A stretch of 64,000 nucleotides of DNA from the human T2T-CHM13v2.0 reference genome, Homo sapiens: assembly GCF_009914755.1 (NCBI RefSeq), contig NC_060925.1. The stretch is one strand, 5' to 3'. A model generated the notes under the pieces. That model searched no databases, was not told the DNA's origin, and saw nothing but the letters and a program-made list of their open reading frames with translations. Positions 28,490 through 43,994 of the stretch are shown in pieces (within the stretch, counting starts at the first letter, position 1; each line of letters starts with the position of its first letter). The position numbers were made by a program, and so were the translations under genes.

Positions 28490-28737
28490 CAATGTTTCTC
28501 GAGCTTTTTAGTTGCAACTTTTAGTAAGAAAAATATTTTATATCATGACCTTTATATATAGTGTGTATATATATCTATATCTCAAAAGTTTAAAAAATAT
28601 ACTTAGGTTATGTATATATGCTGATAGTATCGTCTCCTGTTTCTTTTTCTTAAATTCACTAAATTAAATTGAATTCATAACTGTGAATCCACTAAATTAA
28701 ATTCATAACTATGATTACCCATTTGAAAAACTCTGCT
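28490..28737. mobile_element. hAT-Charlie (Charlie4z-like) remnant; a related copy lies at ~45150-45390
   Basis: caatgtttctc...gtaagaaaaatattttatatcatgacc...tttgaaaaactctg. Confidence 0.5.
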
Positions 28738-28985
28738 GTAGGACACTAATTCTATTCAAAATATCCTCTGCCTTATCAAGATTTCTTTTCTAAAATGTGG
28801 CAGAGGAAGGTGATCAAACTCATCTTGAATTGTATTCCAAATACTGAAGAAGTCCTTTCTCACATCAAGCAAATACAAAAGTTACAAATTACAAAAATGA
28901 CTACAATACTTCTTGGTAAGTGACTCAGGGCTCCAGGCTGACCACTGTCCCTCAGTGCAGAGGGAGCCAGGCAGGTACCAGGTCA

Positions 28986-29153
<168 letters not shown>

Positions 29154-30653
29154 TCAAGGCGGATACATTTGGCCATCTGTTTCTAAACCCAATATATGCA
29201 AAGATAAGGAACTCTCTCATCCACAAAGAATCTGGGTCACTCATATCCTCTTAGGGCAAACAGACTTCCGACCAGGTTCGGTCAGGCTGTTTTGATCATA
29301 ATCATCAAGAACTATGACTCCCCAGAAATATGCACTGTAGCTCCTGGCAAACCAAATTTAGATCATTTAAAAATAAAACTCTGATGATATTTCTCATTAC
29401 AGGTATCCGTCACAGAGTCTTATCAAATCCAGCTTCAAAAAAACCCCTATCTGAGAGGTTCACAGATCCTGCCTGATGTGCACTTTGCTAATCGGAAACA
29501 CTCTGGGAGTTGGGGAAATCTTCCATCTGTTTCCTACAGAAAGCACTTAAACAATTCTAACACGCTCGTGATTATACATCAGACATGCAAACAAATTCCT
29601 GGCAGTAGTATGCAAAATGCATATTAGAATAAATAATAACCAAAGTGATTTTTGTCAGTGATTAAAATCTATTACCATTAATAATAAATATACTTCTTAA
29701 GTACTCTGTATGATTATCACAAATATTTTTTATTTAGTAACCAACTAGCAAGAAGATATATGGCTTCACAAAGCTGGCCCAACAGTGCTCCCCTGCCTCT
29801 CCACTCCACCAGTTGCCTCCGTCAATAAGAGAATGATGGGAAAGACCAGGGAGATTATGAAGTCACTCACTTCTACGCCCATGATTAAAATTTTATGAAC
29901 CTGAAAAATAGGCAGGTTGGGGGGAGAATGACTGCCAATAATCAGCTATTACTGATATTTTCATAAGCAGCCAGGCCTCAAACTAAGATGAGGTAAACTT
30001 AAATGACAAAAAACCTGGGAGAATATGAGGTAATAGGCACTTGTTTCCCAAATCGGACATCTGCAGTGAGACTGACACTGACAGGGCCCCCTCCCTGGCC
30101 CAGCACACCCAGGCGGGGACTCTCTCCAACGCAGACACTGAGTTAAGAAGCTACAGATACCTTGGCAGCTATCTAGTGCTCTCCTGAACACCTCAATCCA
30201 TGCTTCTCAAGCAATGTGAACAGTTACCCTTCAGAAGTTATAGTCTTTCTTATAAACCGAGAATATGGAGTTAAACTGTAAAGGGAAGTTTTCCTTGGGA
30301 ACATAGGCAAATGGCTTTTGGATTCAGTATTATTAGGACAAATAATTCAAATATGCTATAGATTTTCATTCATAAAGTGGCTTTTGTGGACTGGGCTGGA
30401 AACCCAGCCTTTCTTTATGCATATCCACATTTGAATGTGCACCAACACTTACATATCTGAAGTGTAACTTATTTTAATCATGGAACTGTCTGTAATTCTA
30501 ACACAGGTCTGATTCTAACAGTATTACTACCCATAAACAGAAAGATCAAAGACATATCTCTTTATATAAAAGTACTGAGTAGTAAAACAATAATACTAAC
30601 ATTTACTGAGGGCTAAGTGTCAGGCATCAGGCAAACAGACTCTAAATTTATTA

Positions 30654-30958
<305 letters not shown>

Positions 30959-30964
30959 TTTTTT

Positions 30965-31247
30965 GGCTGAGTTTGGTGGCTCACACCTGTAATCCCAAAA
31001 CTTCAGGAGGCTAAAGCAGGAGGATCACTTGAGGTCAAGAGTTCGACACCAGCCTGGGCAACATATCAAGACCTCCATAAATAATAAAAATGAGCCAGGC
31101 ATGGTGGCACATGCCTGTAGTCATAGTTACTTGGGAGGCTAAGACTGGAGGACCTTTTGAGCCCAGGAGGTCACAGTTATAGTGAGCTATGATGGAACCA
31201 CTGCACTCCAGTCTAGGGGACAGAGCAAGACCCCATCTCTAAAAAAT
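30965..31247 (+). mobile_element. AluJ-like, directly following the previous Alu
   Basis: ggctgagtttggtggctcacacctgtaatccc...ttgagcccaggagg. Confidence 0.9.
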
Positions 31248-32389
31248 ATTAAAATTTTAAATTTAAAAAAAAGTATTACCCTTTAATCCTCCTAATATCT
31301 AATGAGGTAAATACTATTTTGACCATCTTGCAGACGAAGAATCTGTGGTCTCCTGAGATTTAGTATGATTCAAGGTTACTCATCTAGTAAAATGCAGAGC
31401 TGAGAATCAAACCAAGACACAGCTACTGAGGGGGTGAATCAATGAGAACTAAACAAAACTTTACCCCACAGAGGTGAAAAACAGGAAAGAAAACAATACT
31501 GCCCTCAAACATCACTTTCTGTAGTAACAGTGAGAGCTACAAGAACCTGTGGCATTCAGTATGTATTTCTGAAATTGATGAGTTTCTGCAATATTCTGTT
31601 GAGCCAGTTACAGAAGAGACACCACTCATTTTCTATAAGGTAGGCTAGAAACCGACACCCCAAACTGGCTGACCCTAAGCCCAGAGTTATAGGAGGTCCA
31701 GCGACTGTGTCCATCCTCAGACTCACAGGCTCTCTCCTCTCATCTCTTTCCCAGCAGCTCCTTGGTCCCTCATTAACAGCAGCCCAATGACTCTGCAACA
31801 ATGACCTTTGCTTACAAACTGAGTGAGGTTTATACCTGCTGTGCTGATGGCAAGAAGCTTGGCGAAGAGAATAAACAATATAAACCAAATCTCAAGGGGA
31901 AAGGGAGAAAACAAAAAAACAAAGCCTTAAAAAAAACTTTAGAACCACTGATTTACATCTAGGTGTTCTGATAATTACAAACACACTTAAAGCTGCTGTC
32001 TAAAGATGGTTATTTGTACACATTGCGGCCTAGTCAAAATAACTTGACAATATTACTGGATTTTTCCCACTAATAATCTATACACCTCAGCCCATTTTAT
32101 TCTGTGTCAGGTTTAGTCAGTAAGAGCCTACTACGCTCTTCCCCATACCATAAGCCTCTCCCCTTTTCCTGAAACTCTGGTGTGTGAAGATTTTAGGCAG
32201 AAAGACAAATATCAGAAAGAAGGTAGGTTTTCTAAACAAGCTGTACTACTAACAAGATAAGCAATTCTTAAAATAACCAACCTATCCCCTCAGAGTTGTT
32301 CTGAGGGTTAAAGGTGGGATAAGTAAAGTAGGGATCAGGCTGTACGGCATCATAAATGGCTACTTCATCATCATAAAACGAGTTGATAG

Positions 32390-32512
32390 AACCTTTTTAA
32401 AACAGCTTTGAGATATAATTTACATATTATAAAATTCACCAATTTTTAAGTGTACAATTCAACAGATTCTAGTGTATTTACTCAGTTGTACAACCATCAT
32501 CACAATCCAAGT
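32390..32512 (-). mobile_element. L1M 3'-end fragment
   Basis: cagctttgagatataatttacat...aagtgtacaattc...gttgtacaaccatcatcacaatc. Confidence 0.75.
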
Positions 32513-33087
32513 GGATTAGATCTGTGATTTAACTTAATTTCTATGATTTAACTTGTCATTTAAAATCAGGCAAGCAAAAACTGCCAATGTCCTCAAGTTC
32601 AAAGGATGAAAGGGACTTTGGTTTCCCACCTTCTGAGGGCAACAGGCTAACTTTAAGACAACTCTCACTTGAAAGGAGAAAAAAAAGCTTGTGTTGTTGA
32701 GAGCCTCGTCCTTTTCACAACTTGGGAACTTGACTAAGCCACAAAGCAACACTCAGCTTCTCACTTCAACTCAGCACCACGCATGGGAGGGCAGTCACGG
32801 CAGCAGAAGGAGGGGTCAAACTTTTTAGGAGAAGTTTCGAATAATTATTAAGATATTGAGATACGCTACTTGCTGAGCAGGGACTTAGTCCCAGGTGTTT
32901 TACGTAGCACCTCATCTAGTGCTGATATTATTCCAATTGTACAGATGTGGGGAAATGAGAACTGAGCCTGGATCCACAGAAGTCAAGCGTCATCCCCTGG
33001 TATCTTATAGTTCATTAGTGACGGAGCAGAAAGAAGCCACTCTGCAGATGAAGAAAGTGAAAAGCGAAACCCTCAGAATTAGAATCA

Positions 33088-33483
<396 letters not shown>

Positions 33484-33687
33484 TCACTCTATGTGCTAAA
33501 AGTTCTTATGGCAAAAGGGAGTGTTCTGAAGGTAAAAAAGCAGAAACATTTGGTGTTGGTATTGGATACGTACCTCTCCCCTGCCCCTTCCCTTCCTGGA
33601 AACCAAACATGTCAGATCTCATAAGAGATGAAACCATGGAAAATAATTATGCATACTAATTAATGAATTGTAATTTATTAATTATGT

Positions 33688-33724
33688 ATTTTTGAAAATA
33701 TGGTCAGACCATATTTTCAAAAAT
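33688..33724. repeat. Perfect inverted repeat, 18-bp arms, 1-nt spacer
   Basis: atttttgaaaatatggtc-a-gaccatattttcaaaaat. Confidence 0.97.
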
Positions 33725-35449
33725 CAGAATAATTTTAGACATGGCCTGAATTTATTTTCTCCATTTGCACCCAAGTTGTAATTGAAAAATGTAGCCCATT
33801 CTGGAACCAACAATGTTAAAGGACTGATTATTAGTTACAAATTCTGCTGCTGTTTCTACTGGAATCACATAAGCTTTGAACAGACTTATGGCAAGAATCA
33901 GCATTTTAATTTCATGTCCATCTCCCACTAAAAAGCAAGCATGGTGAGGGCATGAACCGTATCTTATCTCTCTTCACATCCCCACCTGAGACACTGCACA
34001 CAAAATGATGACCAATTCATGTTCATAAGTCACATGGAAGGGCCATAACAATTAATGAATGGAGCCTGGTTCCTACCACCCCAGGAGGAGCGGCAGGACT
34101 TTGACGCAGCACCAGGAGGGCAGGAGGAGGCCTTACTTTGGAACAGTTAGAAAACCCTGGTGAAAAGTGCGTAAGTAAGTAATTCACATAAGCACCCTCC
34201 AAAGGGAGAGCACCTAGGGCCAAAGAACCAACCTCAGCAACTTAGCCTTGGGCAAGGCCAGAAAGGAGGAAAGAAATGAGGGAAAGCCCTACACATTCTT
34301 TCTTCTTCTTGCCCAATACCAATGGGCTACAAACTAATTCGCTGACCCCACACTCCTACTACTTTCTTCCTGTCTGCCAAGCCAACCTTCACTTAAACCC
34401 CTAAAGTAATTTCTCCATAACACATACCAGATCCTCCAAGGGCTTCCCATTAATCTACAGAGCAATTCTGAGACTCTGAAACAGAGCCCTGCTCCATCAT
34501 CTGGCCGGCCAGCCTTCCTCACCTTATCTTCTATCACTCTGAGCTTCTTGCTTCATGCTTGAAACCCACAAGGCTGTCAGTGTTACTGTATCCTCCCCTA
34601 CCCAATGCTACTTCTCACCCTCCTGCCTTCACTCACACTGATTCCTCTATAGGAATATCTTTCTACCTTATCCCTTGCATGGCAAACTTCAACTTTCTTT
34701 AGAATTCAGCTCAGATATCGCCTCCTGCAGGAAGCCATCTCTGAACCTCCATCCCATTCCCTAAGGCCCTCGCTTCTTGCTCCTAAACTTATCCCACTGC
34801 ACTAGCCACAGGAAATTTAAGCATCTTATGCACATGCTGTGAGTTCCTTGAGATAAGAACTGAGTCATTTTTCTCTATATCCGTAAGAAGCACAGAGGCT
34901 TACACATAATGGGTGCTTGCAGAATGACCCAAGGAGGCTCCCCCAAACAAGAAAAGTCATACAGGGCAGACAGCAGTCACAGTTCTCTTCACCAAATTCA
35001 TTTGCTTGGTCTATTAGCTCCCCTGGTGAGGAGAGATTCTGAAAAGAGGGACATTAACCAGATATGCCTCAATGCTACAAACTGAGAGGTATTCAATTTT
35101 AACTGTTTAATTTCCAAATAAATCTGAAGACCAGAATCTTCTGGAAACCAGCCTGAAACAGTTAGTTCATAATTAACCTTGAAATTCAGATCAACAAGCA
35201 AGACCACTTGAAAACCCAGCACTGAACCCCTAACCCCATCCCACATTGAAAAACTGTGATGGAAAACAGAGTAGCTAAAAGCCTGCTTCATAATGTAAGA
35301 TAAACCTTTGTCCTTGAGAGTCTTTATAGACGTGACAGGGGAAGAATCCAAAGACAGTGTTGCACCCTCTAACTCTAAGGAAATAAACAGGCAAATGCAT
35401 GTAATTATATATTTACAGGATGTCACATTGTTTGAAATATGAAAAAATC

Positions 35450-35745
35450 GGCTGGGTGTGGTGGCTCATGCCTGTAATCCCAGCACTTTGGGAGGCCAAG
35501 GCGGGCGGATCACGAGGTCACGAGATTGAGACCAGCCTGACCAACATGGTGAAACCCCTGTCTCCACTAAAAATAGAAAAATTAGCTGGGCGTGGTGGCA
35601 TGCGCCTGTAATCCCACCTACTCGGGAGGCTGAGACAGGAGAATTGCTTGAACCTGGGAAAGCGGAGGTTGCCGCGAGCCGAGATCACACCACTGCACTC
35701 CAGCCTGGTGACAGAGCAAGAGTCCGACTCAAAAAAAAAAAAGAA
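35450..35745 (+). mobile_element. AluSc-like
   Basis: ggatcacgaggtca diagnostic; TSD-like gaaaaaatc on both sides. Confidence 0.93.
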
Positions 35746-36236
35746 ATAAGAAAAAAATCCAACTGACAATGTCCAGTAGGAGAGGACTCACTAAACAAAA
35801 CAGGCAGGACTACTATGTGGCTGTCAAAAAGGATAACATAAAGCTGCATATGAATCAACACAGAAAGATGCACAGGACATTCTGCAAAATGAAAAAAGCA
35901 TAATATGGATAGTATGATCATGCATATGCACAACATGTATAATATGATTATGCACATGCATATTAAAATCTAGAAGAACGTACAATAAATTCTTAATAGT
36001 GGTGAACATCTAGGAGAGATTACAAGGGAAGTTTAACTTTTACTCTGTACCTCCTATACTTTTGTATTTGAGGTTTTTTTTAACCAGCATACTCAACATT
36101 GGGAATGAATAAATACATCAATTTCAAAAAATTAAAGGCAATAGCACCAATAGCCCTACAGCCTCAAGAACACGGTTTCATCAATTTTTTTAAAGCCAGA
36201 TATTTTCCTTTTTTAAAAATATGCAAATCTACATAC

Positions 36237-36242
36237 CTGCAT
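36237..36242 (-). CDS. JAK1: JAK1 exon 2 coding part (M1-Q2)
   Basis: ATG CAG|GTATGT donor; joins in frame to exon 3 (YLNIKED...). Confidence 0.95.
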
Positions 36243-36319
36243 TTATTCAGCTGTCCAGTGTTCTCCAAGAAGCAAACTGGATTTTCTTCTCTACTTTCCA
36301 AAGCTACTTCAGAGAAGCG
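36243..36319 (-). other. JAK1: JAK1 exon 2, 5' UTR part (77 nt)
   Basis: Acceptor ...ttttgtctttag|CGCTTCTCTG (AG at 36321-36320); runs into the ATG at 36242. Confidence 0.93.
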
Positions 36320-36726
36320 CTAAAGACAAAAATAAATAAATAAATCAGTGGCAGAGGTAATTGCATCTGAAAATAAGAGGGCATTTTCATTAAGGAAGCA
36401 GCCCAAACCATAAGCAGGCAAGAAAAAGCATTTGAGAGGAAGAAGGAAAAAAACAAAACAAAACAAAAAAATGGCCTAGGACATCGAGAGGACAGAGAGA
36501 CATCTTAGGGTGCAAACATCAAAGAGGATACTAACTTCACCGCATCAAGAAAGGAAGCCAGGGATTTTTGCTTCCCGATATGGAGTGTCCTGTCCAATGT
36601 AAATGAAGATTGTGTGCTTTTTCCATCAACAGCCCCTCTCCTGATTGTGTGAACAATAGTTTAAGACACCCAAAAACGCGCACTTTAATTTCTCATTCCT
36701 TCTAGAATTACCCCGCCCCAACCTTG

Positions 36727-36729
<3 letters not shown>

Positions 36730-36770
<41 letters not shown>
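36730..36770. repeat. (CA)~20 microsatellite
   Basis: Direct reading. Confidence 0.97.
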
Positions 36771-36773
<3 letters not shown>

Positions 36774-38079
36774 CTTTGTATTATTTTAACAGCTTTCCTT
36801 GTTGCTTCTCACAAATTCTTTAACAGTAGAATCCAATTATTTTTGCAAATAATAAGCTACCAACCTTGGTGATTCAAAATTGGTTCTCAAATTAACAGTG
36901 ATTATCACCTCAGTTTTCTGTCTGGCCACTCAACACATTTTATCAGAATCCAGTTTTAGGAAGAGCATAGTCCCAGGCATTACAGGGCAGCAGCGAAGGG
37001 GGAGAGGGAGATGGGTTACCTCTGAGGCCACGAGGCCAGCATCCCCACAGGGCCTTACAATAGAAGGTTGGAGACAGCACAAATGGAAACACAAAAGCAA
37101 CCTAAAATCAATAGTGTGAGTGCGTCAGGATGTTGTTAGCTCTGGTGACTGACACTGGCAAGGGCTGGCTTGGGAAGGCTTTCTGCAGTGGGTAAGACTT
37201 AAGTAAAAGTAATGATGGAAAGCCCGGCAGGGGAGACAAGTATGAATTTGATTGTGATGACTTTGATTTGGCTATTTTGGTATGGCCAATTTTAACAAGA
37301 TTAAAATCACTGCACAAAAGTTTTTTAAAAATTAATATAATCAATTGTTTTAATTATGTGAATAAACACCCTGCCCTGCCTCAGAACAGCACTTAGAAAC
37401 TAGCTACATGCTAATGCCTTGCTTCTGCTCATAAGCAGGACTTCAGATGCTATACTTGTTGAAGAGATTCACTCTTTCAACAAGTATTTTCAAACAGCTC
37501 TGCAGAAACTAAGCTAATTCAAAGGACAAGGGCAATACGGTCCCTGCCTACGTGGAGCTTACAGTCAATGGGAAGAATGGAATCAAACTAAGATGTACAG
37601 AAAGAGGTCATTACAAAGAGCTAAAATGCTATGAAGGAAAAGTAGAGAACATAAAATAGAGGGAATGTGATCTGGTCTGGGGCTCAGGAGGGAAGGGACA
37701 TTGAGTTAAGATGCAATGGATGTCCATGGAGGTGGGGCATGAAGCCAAAACGGAGATAGCAGTCTCAGCAAAAGGATCAGCATGTGTGGGGAAAAAGGTC
37801 CTATAGCAGAAAGGAGCTAGGCTTGTCTCTCCCGTTGCTTGAACAGGAAAACCTCACAATACTCCTTTTTACACTTGGGCACCCAACAGCACTAGCCAGT
37901 CCATAGGCAGTGCTTGCTAACTGCATGTCTGGAGCCTGTCTACCCCAGGTTTCCTCACAGCATACCGTTACCAGCTGCCAAGGATCAGTGAAAACTGACC
38001 AGAGGGGAGTACTGAAAAGCATGCCTCAAACCCGGAAAGGGTCACAACTCAGCCTTTTAGGACAGGAAGAGAACTGTAA

Positions 38080-38457
<378 letters not shown>

Positions 38458-40517
38458 AGAACTTAAAAAGTTTTTTAATATGCACTATCAGACCATGTGT
38501 TACTTCAACTTAGGAGTCATGGAACTTCTCTTAGCCTCATGTAAGATTCAAGGATCTGACTAAAATCACTAAGATTCTTTTAGAACTAGAATTCTACAAA
38601 AACCAGTAATCAAGGGGAGTTTGGTTTTCCAATCATTCTGTCTCTTCTGCAAGCAATACTACATTGCAATCACATTATACCTAATCTTCAAACTGACCTC
38701 CAGTATTATTGAACACAACAGTAAAATGGTATAGATTTGTGATGCTTAGCCTAGAGATTAAACTCTTCGAGAAAACAAGAACAGCAACAGAATTTCAAGA
38801 CAATATGCATTAACTGTGATGCTTTTGAATGCCGATTCAATAACAACAAAATCTCTACTCTCAGGGAATTGCCATTCTGATGATAAAAATAGAAAACACC
38901 CACATAGCACTTAGAAGACATGGGAGGCACTGTTCTAAGCACTTTAAACCTAAGGCTGCTGATCCACTTTATATGAAATGACAACTGTCCTCATTCAGGA
39001 TGACAAGCGGTTTTTTTGTGTGTGTGCTACAGCATTTGTGTAATGGCTTCATCCAAATAATATTTCTTCTAAAATAAACCAGACAATGTGATCTAGCTGA
39101 TTATTTTTAGAGCAAGTAGAAAAGGAGCAAGATCAGTTTATATTAATAAACACTTTGGATAATTCCAAGAAATAAATTCAAGTTTCTTGCTGCAATATAC
39201 AAAAGGAAAAATCATCAATGCTAGAAAGATTCACCAGGAGCAATCACAAAATACCCTTTAAAAAGAACATGATTCACTGGGTTCAATTCCCAACTCAAAT
39301 GAATATAAAGACACTTAGAAAACAGGAAGGACCAGGAAGAGTAATCAGAAGGTTTTTGGTGATAGCAGTGAATTCTTCCACCCGAATTTATTTATAAAAT
39401 TGTCAAGGATTTGAAAGAAAATACCTTTCTTTTGGTGACAGAGGATTACTTTTGTAGCTCAATTTTGTAGGTGCTGTTTTACATGAAAAAAAAATCAGGG
39501 AAATTTTGTGGGTTACTCAAATTGCTTCAGTTTACCACAGTCTTATAAAAAAGACAAGTATATCTGACACTTTCTCAACAAGGGAAAAAATAAAAGAAAC
39601 AAGACACAATTCTGTGGGTTGGAACAAAGCCTCACTGCAATAGATAAAATGTCAGAAATTTTTCCAAGATGCAAAATTCCAGAAATCTATCTGAAAAAAC
39701 TGGAACTCTCTTAAATTTTCAAGGGCATCTTTTGAAAGACTGGTATCTGCGCAAGGGAAGAACACACATTTTGGATAGTGGACAAGGAAATAAAAATAGA
39801 CTATTTTAATGTTCATAAATATGATCATCAGAATGAGACCACTTTGGCCAAGGGCCACTGCCAGATTTTTACCGTTAAAAACAGACTGGTTGACAGTGAA
39901 ACTCAATGACAAGAATTAAAATACTATGGATATAAAAGAAACCATCACACCTACAATGAATTACTTTGTGTTTGCCTTAAAGGAATCAAACCTTTTGATT
40001 TCTGAAGTAGAAAATACAACTAAAATGTTTATGAATTAAGGTATGAACTCAGAAAAACTGAAAGAAAAATATGTAATTTAGAAAATGCCCTGAAATCAGC
40101 TTCTTAATATCTTAAGAAATTTTAAGACTAAAAATCTTAAGCCTTAATCAACTATTTCAGCAGGCAGCAGTCTTAACGTTGGTAAGGAAACCTAACACAA
40201 CAATGAAAACTACAGGAAGATCAGGATTTTTTTTTTTTGTCTTGTATTTAGTGCTTTATCCTCAGCACAAATTAGGTGATCAAGAAGTATGTTCGGTAAC
40301 AGCTGTAAATGAAAGATGAAGGTACAAAGTAAGCAACATTATGCAATGAAAAAAAGCACAGTAATCCAAGGTGTGTAGGTTCCCACTAACTCTATACTAG
40401 CAAGTGTGACCATGAGCAAGTCATTTTCATCTAAGCCAGTTTCCCTACCCATTAACCTAAGAGGAAACATCCTGCCTAGAGGGTTGGTACAAGGATTAAA
40501 AATATCTTTCAGTGAGA

Positions 40518-40600
40518 AGTTGAGGCAGGAGAACTGCTTAAGCCCCAGGAGTTTGAGTCCAGCCTGGGCAATATGGCAAGATGTTGTCTCTTTTTAAAAA
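40518..40600 (+). mobile_element. Alu monomer fragment (FLAM/FAM-like)
   Basis: tgaggcaggagaactgcttaagccccaggagtttgagtccagcctgggcaat. Confidence 0.7.
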
Positions 40601-42280
40601 CAAACAACTTTCAAAAACTCTTCATCAAGTACCTACAATGCCCTTTTTGCAAGAGGCTATAGATGTGTAAGTGTACAAAAAGGTATTGACGCAATATAAA
40701 ATAGTCTTTATGGCACAGGACTAAAGTGGGCTATGAATCTGCTTCGAAGAGCAAAGTCTAAATAGGGATTCTGAGCAAAAGCCTAGATACAAATCAAAAC
40801 CCCATTTCATAAAGCTCAGATGACACAGCAAAGCAGTTAAGAGCACGGGCTGGAGTCATTGCAACCTGGGTTTGAATTCTGGCGTCTCCACCGACTAGCT
40901 ATTGTAATCTTAGGCAAGTTAGTTAATATCCCTAACCTTCAATGTTCTTGGTGTAAGTGGGGAGATAAAAATAGCATTTATCTCACTGGGCTATTAAGAG
41001 TTAAGTCAGTCAATGCATGTAAAATGCCCAACAGAGTTTAGCATGCAGTAAGCACTCATATTTTGACCATAATTTGTTAAACTGATTACAGCTTGATGAA
41101 ATATACAGTTCCAGTCAAGGAAAAAAAAAAACAATATCTACTAAGCATTTCAATATCTTGAGCCTGGAGTTAGGCACTCGCACTTAATTCTCATAAAAAG
41201 CATGAGAGGTTTTACGCTAATCAGCGAGAGTGCCAGGAGTCAAACACGTGACTACTGATTCTAAGGACCCTGCTCGTTCCACAGTGGGGAAGAACTGCTC
41301 TAAACTGTCCCCATCAGCAACACCACTGTCTTCTCTGGTTTTTTAGTACTTTTCATAGTCTAACAACCACCCAGGAGACTGATCTTACTCCAACACTCTT
41401 CCTTCTGTAGACTGAAAGGACTGTCATTTAAAAAATCACTGCATGGCCCCAGCCTTCCCTGTGTTCCTGCCCACTACTAATGCTCTGCCCTGGCACCACT
41501 GCCACAGTGTGAGAGGAAAGTCCTAGCAACATGTGAACAGGAAGCCTCCTAACAGCCTAACCTACACAACAAGCCAGGGAAACTGCCAGTGGCTTCACAC
41601 CCATAGAGCCACCGAAAATGACTTGTATCTATTGCTACTGGGACCCCACTGCTATGCTGAGACGTGGAATAACAGTTCTGATGAAAGCATCACAAGATAC
41701 TGTAAAGCTGATGGATTCCAGCCAAAAGGACGACATCATATAAATACAAAATCTGCTATTTTTCCTGTCAGGAAGTCAGAACTATGGCTTTTCTATATGC
41801 CACTCCTGCCACACAGAATAACTCACTTCTAACTATAGCAGCAATTCCAGGAATACCCCAGAACCGTAAGTGCTGCTTCATTTACAATAAACTAGGGATG
41901 ATTAAATAATCAATGCCAGCTCAATGGTTCGGTGCTTCGCACTGCTCCCAAGGAGCCTGCATTCAGTGAGAGACAGTTTTTGATAAAAGTAAATACAGTA
42001 CTTTGCTTAAAGTCAGTAAGTGTCTTTCTAAAAGCCACATTGTACCAAGAGACTTTGTTACTTTTCCTTTTCTAAAAAACTTTTTCTTCTTTTAAACTAA
42101 TTACCACTAACACATCCATAATCTTATTAAAGAGCAATGAATATAAGATTTAGTGAAGCCATCCATATCCTTACCCCAGGGTCAAAGACTTGGTGGCACA
42201 AATGGACACTCAAAACATGGCGGGGTGGGGAGAATGGCTTGTCTTCATAGTATGTGCTTTTTTGGGGGGGATGGAGGGGG

Positions 42281-42563
42281 ATGGAATCTCGCTCTGTCAC
42301 CCACGCTGGAATATAGTGGCACAATCATGGCTCACTGCAGCCTTGACCTCCTGGGTTCAAGTGAACCTCCTGCCTCAGCCTCCCAAGAAGGTGGGATAAC
42401 AGGTGCACACTACCACATTCAGTTAATTTTTGTTGTTGTTGTTTTTGGGAAAGGGGTCTCACTATGGTGCCCAAGGTGGTCTCATACTCCTGGGCTCAAG
42501 CAATCCTCCCATCTCAGCCTCCCAAATTGTTAAGGTTACAGGCATGAACCAACTCACCCAGGC
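42281..42563 (-). mobile_element. AluJ-like
   Basis: tctcgctctgtcaccc...gctcactgcagccttgacctcctggg...ctcctgggctcaagcaatcctccc. Confidence 0.9.
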
Positions 42564-43994
42564 ACAATATGTGCTTTTTAATCATTTATCCCAAAAATAC
42601 TTCTGAAGCACTTGTGCCATCACAATAAAACCTTGCATTTATATAGCACTTTATGGCTTAAAAAGGGCTTTCACATCTAAACCACATTCGAGTTTCACAG
42701 CCCCTTCAGATGGGAAGACTCGGCTAAGGCGTTCCCACAGTCAACTGGCCAGTGAGAGGTGAGATAGGTCTCAAACACATTTCTCAGCTGTAGCCTCACT
42801 CCCCTTTCCATTTACCACTCTGCCTTGGGCAAGGTGTGGGACTTCAGGGGAATCCAAAGAAGTAACACAAATACATCTGAGCATGCCAAAAATCTTACAA
42901 TCTACTGACAGCTGGCAAGACTAACATATACACGGGAACCCCAGGGAAGAGGCTGTGAGGGCATGCTGAGAGACAGACACTGAGAACCATGGGAGTCAAA
43001 AACAGAGGACACAAGGGCCATGCTTTGGGCTGAGAGGGGATTAAGGAGAGAGGAATCTGCTCTCAGTTTTCAGAAATGGAGAAGACTGAAAAAGAGAGAG
43101 GAAAGGTACAGCTGTTCTTTAAAAAAAATAAAAATAAAGGCCAGGAAGAAGGAAAATCACAAGCACAATTGTGCAGGAAAGAGTATGCAGACAGGAAGAA
43201 TCTTGCAGGAAAAAGGCAGACAGCAAGGAAAGGAGGGGAGGGTGCAAGAGGAACAGAGCTTGTGCGAGAGCTTCTTCCCACCAGTCAGAAAGAGGCCCAT
43301 GTTCCAGCCCAGATCCACTAGGACCTGCCTGGTGTTGAGCAAGCCTCTTAACCTCTCTGAGCTCAAACCCTGCATAATGAAAAAGTATTGGATGCCCTCC
43401 AAAGTTCCTTATAGAAGCAGTTAAAAGCCTGCTCTTGGAGTCACCCTAACCTGGGTCCAGATCCCAGCTCTAACACCCACTGTCTGAGACCTTAGGCCAG
43501 TTTCTTAACCTCTGTTGAGTTTGTTTCCTCAGAATAATAGAAGTATCTACTTTACAGGGTTGTTGTGATGATGATTCAAGATTTCCCTAAATCTCTTAAT
43601 GCTAAAATAAAATGCTCACACCCATTAGGAAATCAGTTTTCTGTGAGTATGCGCAAGGCTTTTAAAAAGCTTAAAACTGAAAAAAGAAACAAATAAAACA
43701 AACCCTAACTTATAAAAGTTTGAAACCATTTTGTACTGCACCTAACATAGCTCATTTTTTATTAACATGTATTTCCAAAATGTCACAATGTAAAGACATA
43801 GAATCTCCTGCTGATAAGTCATCTGACAAAGCTTGAAGGTACCCATAATTTAAAGGAATACAAAGGAAAACAACCCTGAATCCTTCCACCCCTTGCTAAA
43901 TTTTACTATTTGTGTCTACCAAGCATTCACCTACTTCTTCTCACCTGTCACATACTAAGTTCATTTAGGGCAGACACAAATCTAACATGCTTCC

